Positions 28,608 to 37,527 are shown, counted from the first letter of the stretch. The stretch is 64,000 bases of DNA from Candidatus Parcubacteria bacterium (GCA_016196625.1 JACPXH010000007.1:18631-82630), one strand, 5' to 3'. Numbers and translations: made by a program. Notes: generated by a model from the letters alone, not told the origin.

Positions 28608-28679
28608 TGCCCTCGAGAGGAATCGAACCTCTATTACGAGATCCGCAATCTCGCGTCCTATCCGTTGAACGACGAGGGC
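28608..28679 (-). tRNA. tRNA-Arg with apparent anticodon GCG, no encoded CCA
   Basis: acceptor GCCCTCG/CGAGGGC, D-stem GTTC/GGAC, perfect anticodon stem CGAGA/TCTCG with loop TTGCGGA, T-arm AGAGG-TTCGATT-CCTCT. Confidence 0.75.
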
Positions 28680-28803
28680 GCGAGGCCGTCAATCCGCCCG
28701 CTGGCGGATTGAGCAAGACAATTTATTGTCTTGCGACGGCCGAGCGGGGCGCCACGATGCCGCACAGCGGCCGTGGCGCCCGGGGTATTCCTTATTCCGA
28801 GTT

Positions 28804-29364
28804 TCAAAATCCTAACCCGTCCGCAATCAGTTCCGCAAGCGACGGACGCTCTTCTTTCTCTGGCAGGAATTCAGCCACATATTCGTGCACTGCCGTCGGG
28901 TTTTGATTTGCCAAAGGGATAATAAGTACTGGCGTTAGCCACTGCGCAGTGCGCAGCCGTATCTCCCGACGACCTCCTGCGTCCGCAGACACCCAAAAGG
29001 AGTTCAATTCTTTCCACTCGCGGCGTTGTTGGTTGATCGTGACACCCGCGTGGTCAATGCGTACGCTCAAGAGGGCGGGTTGGCGCGAGCCGTAGACGAG
29101 AATGAGAATCGCGCCAAGCCCCACGATGACGACAAAGAGCGGGTTTTCCGTGAGTGCGCCGAAGATGGCGAAAATCGCCGCCGCACCAATCACGGTCAGG
29201 CGCCACCCCTTGGGCTTCGCGCGGTGCGTATATTCCGGCGCTTGCCACTCGAAAGAGGTTGCTTTTGGCACTGTGGTGGGTGTTTGGGTGCGGCCCGCAG
29301 GGGCAGCTGCCCCTGCGGGCCGCAGGTTTACGATAGGATTATTGGTTTCTGGAAGGAGAGGCAT
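28804..29364 (-). CDS. hypothetical membrane protein
   Basis: ORF 28804..29493; internal Met (MPLLPETNN) preferred because upstream part lies in AT-rich repeat. Confidence 0.4.
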   Translation of the reverse strand: MPLLPETNNPIVNLRPAGAAAPAGRTQTPTTVPKATSFEWQAPEYTHRAKPKGWRLTVIGAAAIFAIFGALTENPLFVVIVGLGAILILVYGSRQPALLSVRIDHAGVTINQQRREWKELNSFWVSADAGGRREIRLRTAQWLTPVLIIPLANQNPTAVHEYVAEFLPEKEERPSLAELIADGLGF

Positions 29365-29483
29365 CGGCGGAATTCCAAATATCAACCCCGTTAGAAAACA
29401 AGATTTTGTTCTATCGAAAGCGGAAACCCTATTTTTAGATGACGGGTCGAAGAAAGCAAGACCAACGAGTTTTCTAACGGGGT

Positions 29484-29571
29484 CAAAGCTCAAATGTCAA
29501 ATCAAGTTCAAAATCCAAGGCCCACAACGCTTTGAGCTTTGAATTTGATTTGTCATTTGGATTTTCTTACA
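29484..29571. repeat. AT-rich palindromic intergenic element, copy 2
   Basis: caaagctcaaatgtcaaatcaa ... ttgatttgtcatttggatttt; 22-nt block identical to copy 3. Confidence 0.6.
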
Positions 29572-30239
29572 ATGGCTATCGGCGTTTGTTCGTCTGATTG
29601 TCCCAGCGGGTTGTCGCGGAAGACGGCTTTGGCGAACTGGTCCGTGATACCCCCGCTTTTCCCGAGCACCGCAACCCCAAGATCATTGGCGTCAATGATG
29701 ACGACCGGCGCGCCTACGGCTGCGCTTAGCGCTATCGCGACGCGATCCGGTTCTTTGGGGCCGAGCTTGGCGTATTTATTGTAGGGCGGCAGGGTATAGT
29801 CGCACGGGCCATCGATGGCGGCGACAGTTGGTCCGGCAATTTTGTAGAACACGCCCCGGATACCGAAGGGTTTCGTGGATAAGGCGGCGAGTGCGGCCAG
29901 TATTATCCGCGCGGCACCAGCCTCCCGAACGGCAAGCTCCATAGTCCACGGGCTGCCCAGGCCAATTCCATAGGGAGATTTGTGGACGAACCGCACGAGG
30001 AGACGCGCCAGCCACGAGGGATTTATATCTTTAATGGGGAAGGCTCGGCCTTGGGCGATAGCCACGACGCGCTCGGCGATGAACACGTGGTCGTCTGGCT
30101 GCAAGTGCGGCCGGACATAGCGTTCCATGATGTTGGGCAGTTGATCGCGCGCCGTAATCACATGCGTGCGGATAGGCAGCCGTTGCCAGCGTTCCGCGCC
30201 GACCGCAATCTCAAGGCGTTTGTTTGGGTTGGGCGTCAT
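29553..30239 (-). CDS. CofE-family (F420-0:gamma-glutamyl ligase-like) protein
   Basis: core from MTPNPN.. resembles CofE/FbiB-N fold (DVVVSSK-like HVFIAERVVAIAQGRAF, GPxxAAIDGP, IIDANDLG). Confidence 0.45.
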   Translation of the reverse strand: MTPNPNKRLEIAVGAERWQRLPIRTHVITARDQLPNIMERYVRPHLQPDDHVFIAERVVAIAQGRAFPIKDINPSWLARLLVRFVHKSPYGIGLGSPWTMELAVREAGAARIILAALAALSTKPFGIRGVFYKIAGPTVAAIDGPCDYTLPPYNKYAKLGPKEPDRVAIALSAAVGAPVVIIDANDLGVAVLGKSGGITDQFAKAVFRDNPLGQSDEQTPIAIVRKSK

Positions 30240-30420
30240 CGGGCGATTCGAGTCTCTCCAGCGCGGCGAGCTCTTGGCGTAGGCCAGCGAGTAGTTTTTC
30301 TTGTTCAGCCGCAGTGAGGTCCGTAAAGATGTCTTGCCAGTACGAAAGTTCTTCGGCATCTTCGCCGTGGGAGACGAGTTTGCGGACGAGTTCACCGAGT
30401 TCTGGGCCTGGGTCGGTCAT
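30211..30420 (-). CDS. small hypothetical protein (69 aa)
   Basis: ORF only; overlaps neighbours by a few nt on both sides. Confidence 0.25.
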   Translation of the reverse strand: MTDPGPELGELVRKLVSHGEDAEELSYWQDIFTDLTAAEQEKLLAGLRQELAALERLESPDDAQPKQTP

Positions 30421-30983
30421 GCGGCAGCGGGCATATGTTTTTCAAAAGCAGCTCGCACCGAAGCGCCGATGCCCGCGAAGCGCTCGCGCTGGCGCATGGC
30501 CACGGTGGCGGTGCGGTCGAGCAGGTGCGCGGTTTTGGGGAAACGTTCAGCCGCAAGCCGTGCGGTCTCGGCCAGAAATTCAGGGCCGTATTCGACCTTC
30601 GAGAGTACCGCAGCAGCGGCGCGAGCCGCAATGGCTTCAGCGGGCAGGCCGGCAAACTCAAGGGCGTAGGCGAGCGAGGTAGCCCCAGCGATCGCGAAGT
30701 GATCGAAGCGGTGGCGACTCGAGAGCTTTTCGCCGCTTACAGTTTCACCTCGGAGCGCCTCCCCGATCATCTTAGGCACGTCAATTCCGGGGAGGAAATT
30801 ACCGATGAGATCTGCGGTTCGGGAAGTGAAAATTTCTTTGAGGAGGTTTCGGCGGCCCGCGCGGGCGTGCTCGATGATTTGCTCGCGCGTCTCGGCGCGT
30901 TGCTCGACGATTGGCTCCGGCGTTGCGGGTTCTGGATTCGACGGCGTCCCGCCGTGAGGTTGCTCAAAATGATTGCGCATCAT
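30417..30983 (-). CDS. hypothetical protein (188 aa)
   Basis: ORF with Ala-rich helical C-terminal half; no family recognised. Confidence 0.4.
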   Translation of the reverse strand: MMRNHFEQPHGGTPSNPEPATPEPIVEQRAETREQIIEHARAGRRNLLKEIFTSRTADLIGNFLPGIDVPKMIGEALRGETVSGEKLSSRHRFDHFAIAGATSLAYALEFAGLPAEAIAARAAAAVLSKVEYGPEFLAETARLAAERFPKTAHLLDRTATVAMRQRERFAGIGASVRAAFEKHMPAAA

Positions 30984-31136
30984 CTACGCGCGAATGAAAC
31001 CAGGAGCGATGTGTCTGGTCGGAGCGTGCCCATGGCGCCACTATAAACCGCGAGGCTCTTGGGCGCAAAGGCCATGAGCCTTGAGTCCAGCCGCGGAGTC
31101 AACTAGGGCAAATTCCGAGAGCCGTGGTTGGGGCGT

Positions 31137-31553
31137 TTACCGCCAAACCGCAAGAAGTGCGCCCATGACTAGGAGCGAGACGAGGTAGTAGCCGGCGTTG
31201 ATTTTGAGCAGCTTTACGGGTTTGCCTTCCCAGAGATAGGCAGCTAGAAACACCGGCGCGATAAACCCTAGCCAGAGCCAGAAGCCCGTCTTAGCGCCAA
31301 GCGCAGCAGTCTCGGCGCGGGTAAAGTACACAAAGTGCTGGAGCGTAGCCGCCATCACCAGCGCACCCACAAAACCAAGCGCGTAGGTGCGTTTCATCCC
31401 TTTCTTGCGCGACTCAAGTTCTTCGTGGCTCCAGCCCATCGCCTTGAGCCAGGCTTTGCCAAAGAGCGTGGGCGAGTACCAAGCTGCGCCGAGCGCCGTG
31501 CTGACGATGGCAGCGCCGATGATGGGCAGCCAGTTAAGGTAGAATTGGGGCAT
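31137..31553 (-). CDS. DUF1761-like small membrane protein
   Basis: 4 TM helices, WYSPTLFGKAW motif. Confidence 0.45.
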   Translation of the reverse strand: MPQFYLNWLPIIGAAIVSTALGAAWYSPTLFGKAWLKAMGWSHEELESRKKGMKRTYALGFVGALVMAATLQHFVYFTRAETAALGAKTGFWLWLGFIAPVFLAAYLWEGKPVKLLKINAGYYLVSLLVMGALLAVWR

Positions 31554-31610
31554 GTGTAGTCTCCTTGTGTATTAGTTTTTATGCAGAAAATTGACCGAAT
31601 TTCTGCAATT

Positions 31611-32066
31611 TTATTTTGTTTTTCTTTGACGACGCAACTTGCTCCTGAATCTCAGCAAATATCCATTTGCCTCCTTCGTAATAAAACTCTTTGTATCGTC
31701 CCCCTTATTAAAAAGACTCAATGCCTCTTTGAAAGAAAGCCAAGCAAACCCAGCGCCTTCATCGAATCTGAATTCTCTAGTTTTATATTTTGGATAAATG
31801 ATATAATGCATCTTCTCATTTTTATTGTGCGCTAAAACTTTGATGCATTTTTGTTCGACTGATACGCCAAGCTCTTCGTACAACTCACGTTCAAGCGCAT
31901 GGTTTGGATCATCTAAGTCTGCCGACTCGAGGGAGCCACCAAAATAGTCCCACTTATTTGGACTTGATATATCTCGTTTATCATCGCGCTTGTGGACTAA
32001 AACCAGTTTCTTATTTGGATCATAGAGGAAAAATCCAACCCGTGTGATTTTTTGCTTTCTTGGCAT
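31611..32066 (-). CDS. NUDIX hydrolase
   Basis: Nudix box GGSLESADLDDPNHALERELYEELGV. Confidence 0.75.
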   Translation of the reverse strand: MPRKQKITRVGFFLYDPNKKLVLVHKRDDKRDISSPNKWDYFGGSLESADLDDPNHALERELYEELGVSVEQKCIKVLAHNKNEKMHYIIYPKYKTREFRFDEGAGFAWLSFKEALSLFNKGDDTKSFITKEANGYLLRFRSKLRRQRKTK

Positions 32067-32483
32067 ATATCAAAGTATTATACGCTGAATTCAAAACGGC
32101 TTGAAATTTCCCCGAAAAACGGCTGGCGAGCCCGCGTATTTGTCCCTCGTAGCCCGAAGGGCGAAGTGGGAGCGGGCGAGCCAATGACTTCATTTCCTAA
32201 CTGGCGGTGTCTGTTTGAAAATATCCGAACGGAACTCTCTGGGCCCCGCCTGCGTTGAAACTTCGGCGGGCAGGTCGGCGGGCGGCCCCGCAACTATCTC
32301 GCTTCGCTCGAAGTGCGGGGTAAAAATTCCCCCCGACCCCCTGGAGTTTATCCCGCATAATCCCGAAGGGATTTGTGCGGGGCCCGCCTCGCCTTGCCTG
32401 CCCGACCGATAGGCGGGAACCGGAGCGGAAAGCATGCCCCGTAGTGAACGCGGAGCGTTCTACTACTGGGGGCGATTTCAAGT

Positions 32484-32819
32484 CTACATCGGCAACGGCA
32501 TTGATTCGTGCACTTCGATTTCACATCCACTTGACCACTCAAGATGGGGGTGTCCCTTAAGCATCGCTACGGCGTCTTTCATACTTTCAGCTTGCAGAAT
32601 TGAGTAGCCAACAACATCTTTGTCGCTCGGAGAGGTTCCGTCTTTGGTAACTTTTTGTCCATTAGCCAAAGGAGTTCCCATGTCCACAAGCCCACTACCA
32701 CATTTTTTAGCCCATGCCATCCACGGTTCCATCCCCTTTTTCATGTCTTCTGGGCTTACGTCTTTCATACCCGCCATTGCACTTTTTGACATGTGATAAA
32801 CTACAATAAATTTTTTCAT
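32484..32819 (-). CDS. YciI-like/DGPF-domain small protein (tentative)
   Basis: 111-aa ORF, loose resemblance to YciI-like alpha+beta barrel proteins. Confidence 0.3.
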   Translation of the reverse strand: MKKFIVVYHMSKSAMAGMKDVSPEDMKKGMEPWMAWAKKCGSGLVDMGTPLANGQKVTKDGTSPSDKDVVGYSILQAESMKDAVAMLKGHPHLEWSSGCEIEVHESMPLPM

Positions 32820-32917
32820 AGTCGTTGCATTTTTAATGATTTATTACTCGACCTTGATGGTATTGTACGCTAAGGAAAGAATGATCTCAAGTTTTTCTTT
32901 GGCGGCAATGCTGGAGA

Positions 32918-33208
32918 TTACAATCTGAAATAGAAAACAGGAGCACATGCCGCAAGTATGGCAACAATTTGAATTGCGAGGACCAAGAGCACTTGCTTTG
33001 GTCTCTGCGGCAACCACCTAATTGCGAAAAACGACACCATCAGTACTTCTAGAACTAGCCAAATTTGAAATAGATGTGCGCCCGTTCCTTCATCTGGCTG
33101 ACGGACGGGAACGCCGGATATCGCAATATAAATCAGCATTGTAGCCAAAACAATCAACGACATTGCTATTGGAATCCAAGCACTAGGCTTTTTTATTGTT
33201 GAATTCAT
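32918..33208 (-). CDS. small membrane protein (3 TM)
   Basis: 96-aa hydrophobic ORF; preceded by island repeat tctcaagtttttctttggcgg. Confidence 0.35.
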   Translation of the reverse strand: MNSTIKKPSAWIPIAMSLIVLATMLIYIAISGVPVRQPDEGTGAHLFQIWLVLEVLMVSFFAIRWLPQRPKQVLLVLAIQIVAILAACAPVFYFRL

Positions 33209-33394
33209 GGGCTTATCTCAAGTTTTTCTTTGGCGGAATACAAATTTGAGCGTGCGGAGTGCTCATGATTAGCTCTTTATAAAAAGAGGATGTGTGGTTC
33301 TATCGGTTGTGTTGCTCCAAGTCAGGATTTTTTCGGTAAAGAAAATATTGTACTAGAGTGATTCCCCACATGATAATGCCGACAGAAAAAGATA

Positions 33395-33592
33395 TTAGAG
33401 GTAGAAAGGCGTGGGTAGCATAAAAAAATGCAATTTGAGAAGCGTAAAAACATAGGCAATCAATATTGCCGTTACCGGTTGCCCGGATCTCTTTTCGCGA
33501 TAATTTTTTGCTATCTGGGCTGGTATGCCAACCAACACTAGGGTGAGTGCAAAAACGCTTACTAAAATGCTAAGAAAAAATATTAAGTCCAC
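33395..33592 (-). CDS. small membrane protein (65 aa)
   Basis: two TM helices; AT-rich. Confidence 0.25.
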   Translation of the reverse strand: MDLIFFLSILVSVFALTLVLVGIPAQIAKNYREKRSGQPVTAILIAYVFTLLKLHFFMLPTPFYL

Positions 33593-33783
33593 GATTATTT
33601 ACAGAATTATGGAAAAAATGTTTCTTTTGCCTTTATGGTTCGATAAGCTCACCACAGGTTGATACATCTTCTTCGTTTTCCTTGTCCGCCAAAGCCTTGG
33701 CGACGGCGGAGCCAAAAAATCCCTTTCAAATCCTAGCCGAGCGGCGCGTCCCGTGCCGCGAGCCAATGACTTCATTTCCCAAC

Positions 33784-33875
33784 TGGCGGTGGGCAGAGGA
33801 TTCGAACCTCTGTGGGATTTTTTAGATCCCCGCAGTTTAGCAAACTGCTGCCTTAAGCCACTCGGCCAGCCCACC
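33784..33875 (-). tRNA. tRNA-Ser (anticodon GCT), long variable arm, CCA encoded
   Basis: acceptor GGTGGGC/GCCCACC, D-arm TGGCCGAGTGG, anticodon stem GCAGT/ACTGC loop TTGCTAA, variable arm GGGGATCTAAAAAATCCCAC, T-loop TTCGAAT. Confidence 0.88.
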
Positions 33876-34004
33876 ATTTTAAATTTCTCGGCAAAGCCTA
33901 ATCAAGTCGTGGTCTCGTGTCTTCCCTGGCGACTTTTTGTCGCCCGTCAAAAGCTGCGCACGCTCGCTTTTGACCCACTCAGCCACGCCTCCTCCTTGTA
34001 TCCC

Positions 34005-34108
34005 TAACTGGCGGTGTATATTGAAAATAGCTCGAACGGAATTCTGTCCTCGCCCGCCTGCGGCGGGCTCGGGTCGGGAGGGCAAAAAATCCGCGCGGCT
34101 CCGCCGCG
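34005..34108. repeat. inverted repeat IRa-left (exact partner at 34870-34968); begins with tRNA-Ser 3'-end-like aactggcggtg and degenerate T-arm
   Basis: reverse complement of 34870-34968 matches over ~99 bp with no mismatches seen. Confidence 0.7.
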
Positions 34109-34148
34109 AACATTAACAATTTCAAGTTTTTCTTTGGCGGCAATTACG

Positions 34149-34790
34149 TTATTTTGAAAATTTAAAAGAATTGATCATTTCCAGAAATATCTCATCGGGT
34201 GCGGGCGCTTCTGTATCTCTCTGTTTGACCAGAAGATAAAGCCAACTATCCCTAGTCACAAATGCATTCTCAAGGTAACTATTTTCTCCCCCGAATGAGG
34301 CGTATATAACGGGAATGTATTTTCCTTTTACGCCATCGAAGAATGGTATTAATGCTTTTTCTTCCTCAATATCCCGAGGGAATCCAAGAAACGTATTGGA
34401 ATTCAAGAAGTTAAGATTTTGTGGTGAAGCGGTGAAGCTCGGCGCAACATATAATTCGGCCCCGCAAGAAAATTCCCTTTGATGAACTGGAGTAAAGCAA
34501 ATACTGTATAAAGAATTTAGTTTTGGTTCAGGGTAAAAATAAGGCGGTGGTATGGGATTCTTATCCTTGGGAAGTGTGTGGTCTTGTTCCAGTGGTTTTA
34601 AATCACTTGGATATTTTATCTCAAATCCATATTTTTCATTTCTATATGTTTTCCAGGTAAAAGTTTTAATCTGACTCAGAGGTTCCGGTTTTAGCGGCAG
34701 AGGAACATTTCCCGATTTTTTTGCAATAAAATAGCTTGCTAACACTATAATTGCAACGATTATTATTACCCAAGTTACTTTTGTTCTCAT
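34149..34790 (-). CDS. hypothetical secreted/membrane-anchored protein bracketed by IRa pair
   Basis: MRTKVTWVIIIVAIIVLASYF signal/anchor; AT-rich; ORF-track N-terminal extension is read-through of IRa. Confidence 0.5.
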   Translation of the reverse strand: MRTKVTWVIIIVAIIVLASYFIAKKSGNVPLPLKPEPLSQIKTFTWKTYRNEKYGFEIKYPSDLKPLEQDHTLPKDKNPIPPPYFYPEPKLNSLYSICFTPVHQREFSCGAELYVAPSFTASPQNLNFLNSNTFLGFPRDIEEEKALIPFFDGVKGKYIPVIYASFGGENSYLENAFVTRDSWLYLLVKQRDTEAPAPDEIFLEMINSFKFSK

Positions 34791-34869
34791 ATGATTAAAA
34801 AATTCCCCAAAAATTAAAATATGGTTCGAGCCGATTTGTTTTTCAGGTTCTTTGGCAGTTTGGGATCTT

Positions 34870-34968
34870 TGCGGCGGAGCCGCGCGGATTTTTTGCCCTC
34901 CCGACCCGAGCCCGCCGCAGGCGGGCGAGGACAGAATTCCGTTCGAGCTATTTTCAATATACACCGCA
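34870..34968. repeat. inverted repeat IRa-right
   Basis: see IRa-left. Confidence 0.7.
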
Positions 34969-35066
34969 AGTCAGGAAAACGCAAATTATGGACAGATGCC
35001 TCGCGGCGCGGGACGCGCCGCTCGGCTAGGGTTTGAAAGGGCTTTTTTGGCGAAAAGGAAAGGGAT
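34964..35066. repeat. inverted repeat IRb-left (partner 36478-36578, ~97% identical), abuts IRa-right
   Basis: caccgcaagtcaggaaaacgcaaattatggacagatgcctcgcggcgcgggacgcgccgctcggctagggtttgaaagggcttttttggcg is the reverse complement of 36478-36578. Confidence 0.7.
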
Positions 35067-35105
35067 TTATCAATCAGGGCAAAAGAATTTTTTAACTACA
35101 AAACT

Positions 35106-36656
35106 ATGAGATATATAATTTACGCGAGGAAATCCACGGAGAGTGAGGAACGACAGATATTAAGCATTGAATCTCAAATATCTGAATTGAAAGAATTTGC
35201 CGCCAAAGAAAAACTTGAAATTGTTGCCTCGCTTTGCGAAGCCCAAACTGCCAAAGAACCTGGGCGAATGAAATTCGCAGAGATGTTGTCATTTTTGGAA
35301 TCAGGAAAAGCAGACGGAATACTTTCTTGGAATCCAGATCGTCTCGCCAGAAATTCCATAGACGGAGGACAGATTATCTATCTGTTGGACACAGGAAAGA
35401 TAAAAGATTTGAAATTTCCAACGCACTGGTTTGAGAATACACCGCAAGGAAAATTCATGCTGAACATTGCCTTTGGGCAAAGCAAGTATTATGTGGACAA
35501 TTTGAGTGAGAACATCAAGCGTGGACATAGGGCAAAACTACGAAAAGGAATTTGGCCGAGCTTTGCCCCACTAGGATATACGAACAATCACAAAACGCGA
35601 GATGTTGATGTTGATTTGGAGAAAGCTCCGCTAGTCCGAAAAGGTTTTGAGCTTTACTCAACTGGTAAATATACCCTTAAGCAAATAGCTAAAATTTGGA
35701 AAGATCTCGGATTGCGGAGCTACAAAGGCAATGTTCTAGCAGTTTCCTGTGTCCAGCGAATTTTGAAAAGTACATTTTACTATGGAATTTTCGAGTTCAA
35801 TGGCGAGACGTATCAAGGTTCGCACGAGCCGTCAATCTCAAAGAAACTTTTTGATAACTGTCAGGAAATAATGAAGGATCGCGGACATATTATGACTAGA
35901 AAATCAGAGAAAACTTTTCCATTTCGCGGTTTGCTCACTTGTGGAGAATGTAAATGCGCCATTACCGCCGAAACACAAAAAGGACACAACTATTATCGTT
36001 GCACCAAGAAGCGCGAACTGTGTTCACAAAAATATGTCCGCGAAGAATTGCTCACCGAGCAAGTAAAAAGTTTTCTTCAAAAAGTTTCTTTGCCGAGCCA
36101 AGACATGGAAAAAGTTTTGCGCGAGTTGGACAAGGACGAGCAGAAAGCAAGAGAGGATAGTTTAGCTCTGGTTAGTACTTTGAAAAATGATTTAGTGGAC
36201 ATAGAAACAAGGTTAGACAAATTGCTTTCTGCTTACCTCGATAAAGTAATTACATCGGAAGAATATGCCGCGCAAAAACAAAAAATGCTCGACCAGAGAG
36301 TAGAGCTGAAAGAGAAAATTCATGAAATCGAGGATAAAGGCGTGTCTTGGCTCGAACCAGCTCGTGCGTGGATTAAATCCTTGAATCAAGCGGAGAAACT
36401 GCTTTTGTCTGGGGATAAGTCGGAAATGACAACATTTCTAAAACAAATCGGCTCGAACCATATTTTGATCGATAAATCCTTTTCTTTTTCGCCAAAAAAG
36501 CCCTTTCAAATCCTAGCCGAGCGGCGCGTTCCGCGCCGCGAGGCATCTGTCCATAATTTGCGTTTTCCTGACTTGCGGAAGCGGGAGGATTCGAACCTCC
36601 GAAGGGGACTAGCCCCCAACTGGTTTTTCCCGATTTTGTTCACGCGGAACGCGTGA
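35106..36656 (+). CDS. large serine recombinase (resolvase catalytic domain + recombinase domain + zinc ribbon); C-terminal ~40 codons likely read-through into IRb-right
   Basis: YARKSTESEERQ..SIESQ catalytic Ser motif, ILSWNPDRLARN, CGECKC..YYRC zinc ribbon, coiled-coil; AT-rich. Confidence 0.8.
   Translation: MRYIIYARKSTESEERQILSIESQISELKEFAAKEKLEIVASLCEAQTAKEPGRMKFAEMLSFLESGKADGILSWNPDRLARNSIDGGQIIYLLDTGKIKDLKFPTHWFENTPQGKFMLNIAFGQSKYYVDNLSENIKRGHRAKLRKGIWPSFAPLGYTNNHKTRDVDVDLEKAPLVRKGFELYSTGKYTLKQIAKIWKDLGLRSYKGNVLAVSCVQRILKSTFYYGIFEFNGETYQGSHEPSISKKLFDNCQEIMKDRGHIMTRKSEKTFPFRGLLTCGECKCAITAETQKGHNYYRCTKKRELCSQKYVREELLTEQVKSFLQKVSLPSQDMEKVLRELDKDEQKAREDSLALVSTLKNDLVDIETRLDKLLSAYLDKVITSEEYAAQKQKMLDQRVELKEKIHEIEDKGVSWLEPARAWIKSLNQAEKLLLSGDKSEMTTFLKQIGSNHILIDKSFSFSPKKPFQILAERRVPRREASVHNLRFPDLRKREDSNLRRGLAPNWFFPILFTRNA
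36478..36578. repeat. inverted repeat IRb-right
   Basis: see IRb-left. Confidence 0.7.
36579..36650 (-). pseudogene. tRNA 3'-half-like fragment (T-arm GGAGG-TTCGAAT-CCTCC + acceptor 3' strand, no matching 5' acceptor)
   Basis: ggaggattcgaacctcc on + strand; no complementary GGAAGCG 5' strand found. Confidence 0.4.
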
Positions 36657-36683
36657 TTACAAAATCGAGGATCCCGTCCAAAG

Positions 36684-36770
36684 CGGCGAGGGTGAGATTC
36701 GAACTCACGATACCCTTTCGGGTATACCTGTTTTCAAGACAGGTCTGTTCAACCACTCCAGCACCTCGCC
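36684..36770 (-). tRNA. tRNA-Ser (anticodon TGA), long variable arm, no encoded CCA
   Basis: acceptor GGCGAGG/CCTCGCC, anticodon stem CCTGT/ACAGG loop CTTGAAA, variable arm TATACCCGAAAGGGTATC, T-loop TTCGAAT. Confidence 0.85.
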
Positions 36771-36822
36771 GCTTTGTTCGGGACAAGACCGTTCCTTTCA
36801 ACCACTCAGGCACCCCGCCGCA

Positions 36823-37527
36823 TTATCTGGCCACAACTACGCCCCACACTTCCCTTGCGCCGGCTGACCGTAAGGCCCGCGCGCACGCAGAGAGTGTGGC
36901 GCCAGTGGTGGCTACATCATCTACGAGGACAATCACCCTTGGCAAGATTCGCGCGTTTCCGGAGAGTGCAAAAGCTCCGGCCACGTTGGCCCGGCGCAAA
37001 TCTGGATTCGAAAGTTCTACTTGCGGTTTGGTCCTGCGAGTTCGGATAATGGCCGGCACGAGAGGGAGATTGAAGGTTGCGGCCAGAGAGGCGGCTAGCA
37101 GTTCTGCCTGATTGAAGCCGCGCTCGTGCAGGCGGGAGGGGTGGAGCGGCACCGGCACGAATACGGCATCACGGGTCAGATGCGGCGCGAATTCCCGGAG
37201 GGTTCCCGCAACCAAGTGGGCTAGGATCGTGGTAATTTCGCGTACCCGCTGGTACTTTAGTTCGTGGATGAGTTCTCGCGCGAGCGGATCGCCGTAGGAG
37301 AGGCTGGCTACGAGGCCCGTAAGATTGAGCTTTTTGCGGCATGCGCCACAGGTTCGGCCGTCCGGCCGGCGCCGACCGCAAGCAAGGCAGGTGAGCCCAG
37401 GCAGTTTTACAAGACGGGCCGCGCAGGCGGAGCAAAGGTACGCTCCTTCAGTGCCGCACCCCACACACTGGCGCGGAAAGAGAAGGCTTAACCCGGCCGA
37501 GTAGAGGTTGCGTCCAAACGCGAGCAT
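36823..37527 (-). CDS. comF: ComF-family competence protein (zinc-finger + phosphoribosyltransferase domain)
   Basis: CVGCG..CSAC..CLACG Cys clusters; VLVDDVATTGATL PRTase motif. Confidence 0.8.
   Translation of the reverse strand: MLAFGRNLYSAGLSLLFPRQCVGCGTEGAYLCSACAARLVKLPGLTCLACGRRRPDGRTCGACRKKLNLTGLVASLSYGDPLARELIHELKYQRVREITTILAHLVAGTLREFAPHLTRDAVFVPVPLHPSRLHERGFNQAELLAASLAATFNLPLVPAIIRTRRTKPQVELSNPDLRRANVAGAFALSGNARILPRVIVLVDDVATTGATLSACARALRSAGAREVWGVVVAR

Larger units (their letters stand above)
31560..36680. mobile_element. AT-rich tRNA-Ser-associated island: Nudix, small membrane ORFs, nested inverted-repeat pairs, large serine recombinase
   Basis: sharp GC drop; bounded by tRNA-Ser(GCT) and tRNA-Ser(TGA); multiple tRNA-3'-end-derived repeats (ccaatgacttcatttcc-aactggcggtg) at 32183, 33765, 34005. 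Confidence 0.55.

Noticed and set aside
32236-32560. GC-rich self-complementary block inside AT-rich island as RNase P RNA / tmRNA / SRP RNA
   Set aside because: No P4 (GGAAAGTCCGG), tmRNA tag/tRNA-like end, or SRP (GGAAGCAGCC) signatures. The sequence aligns to the IRa repeat family instead.
36579-36650. Third functional tRNA next to tRNA-Ser(TGA)
   Set aside because: Only T-arm and 3' acceptor strand are present. No complementary 5' acceptor or D-arm, so it is a fragment.
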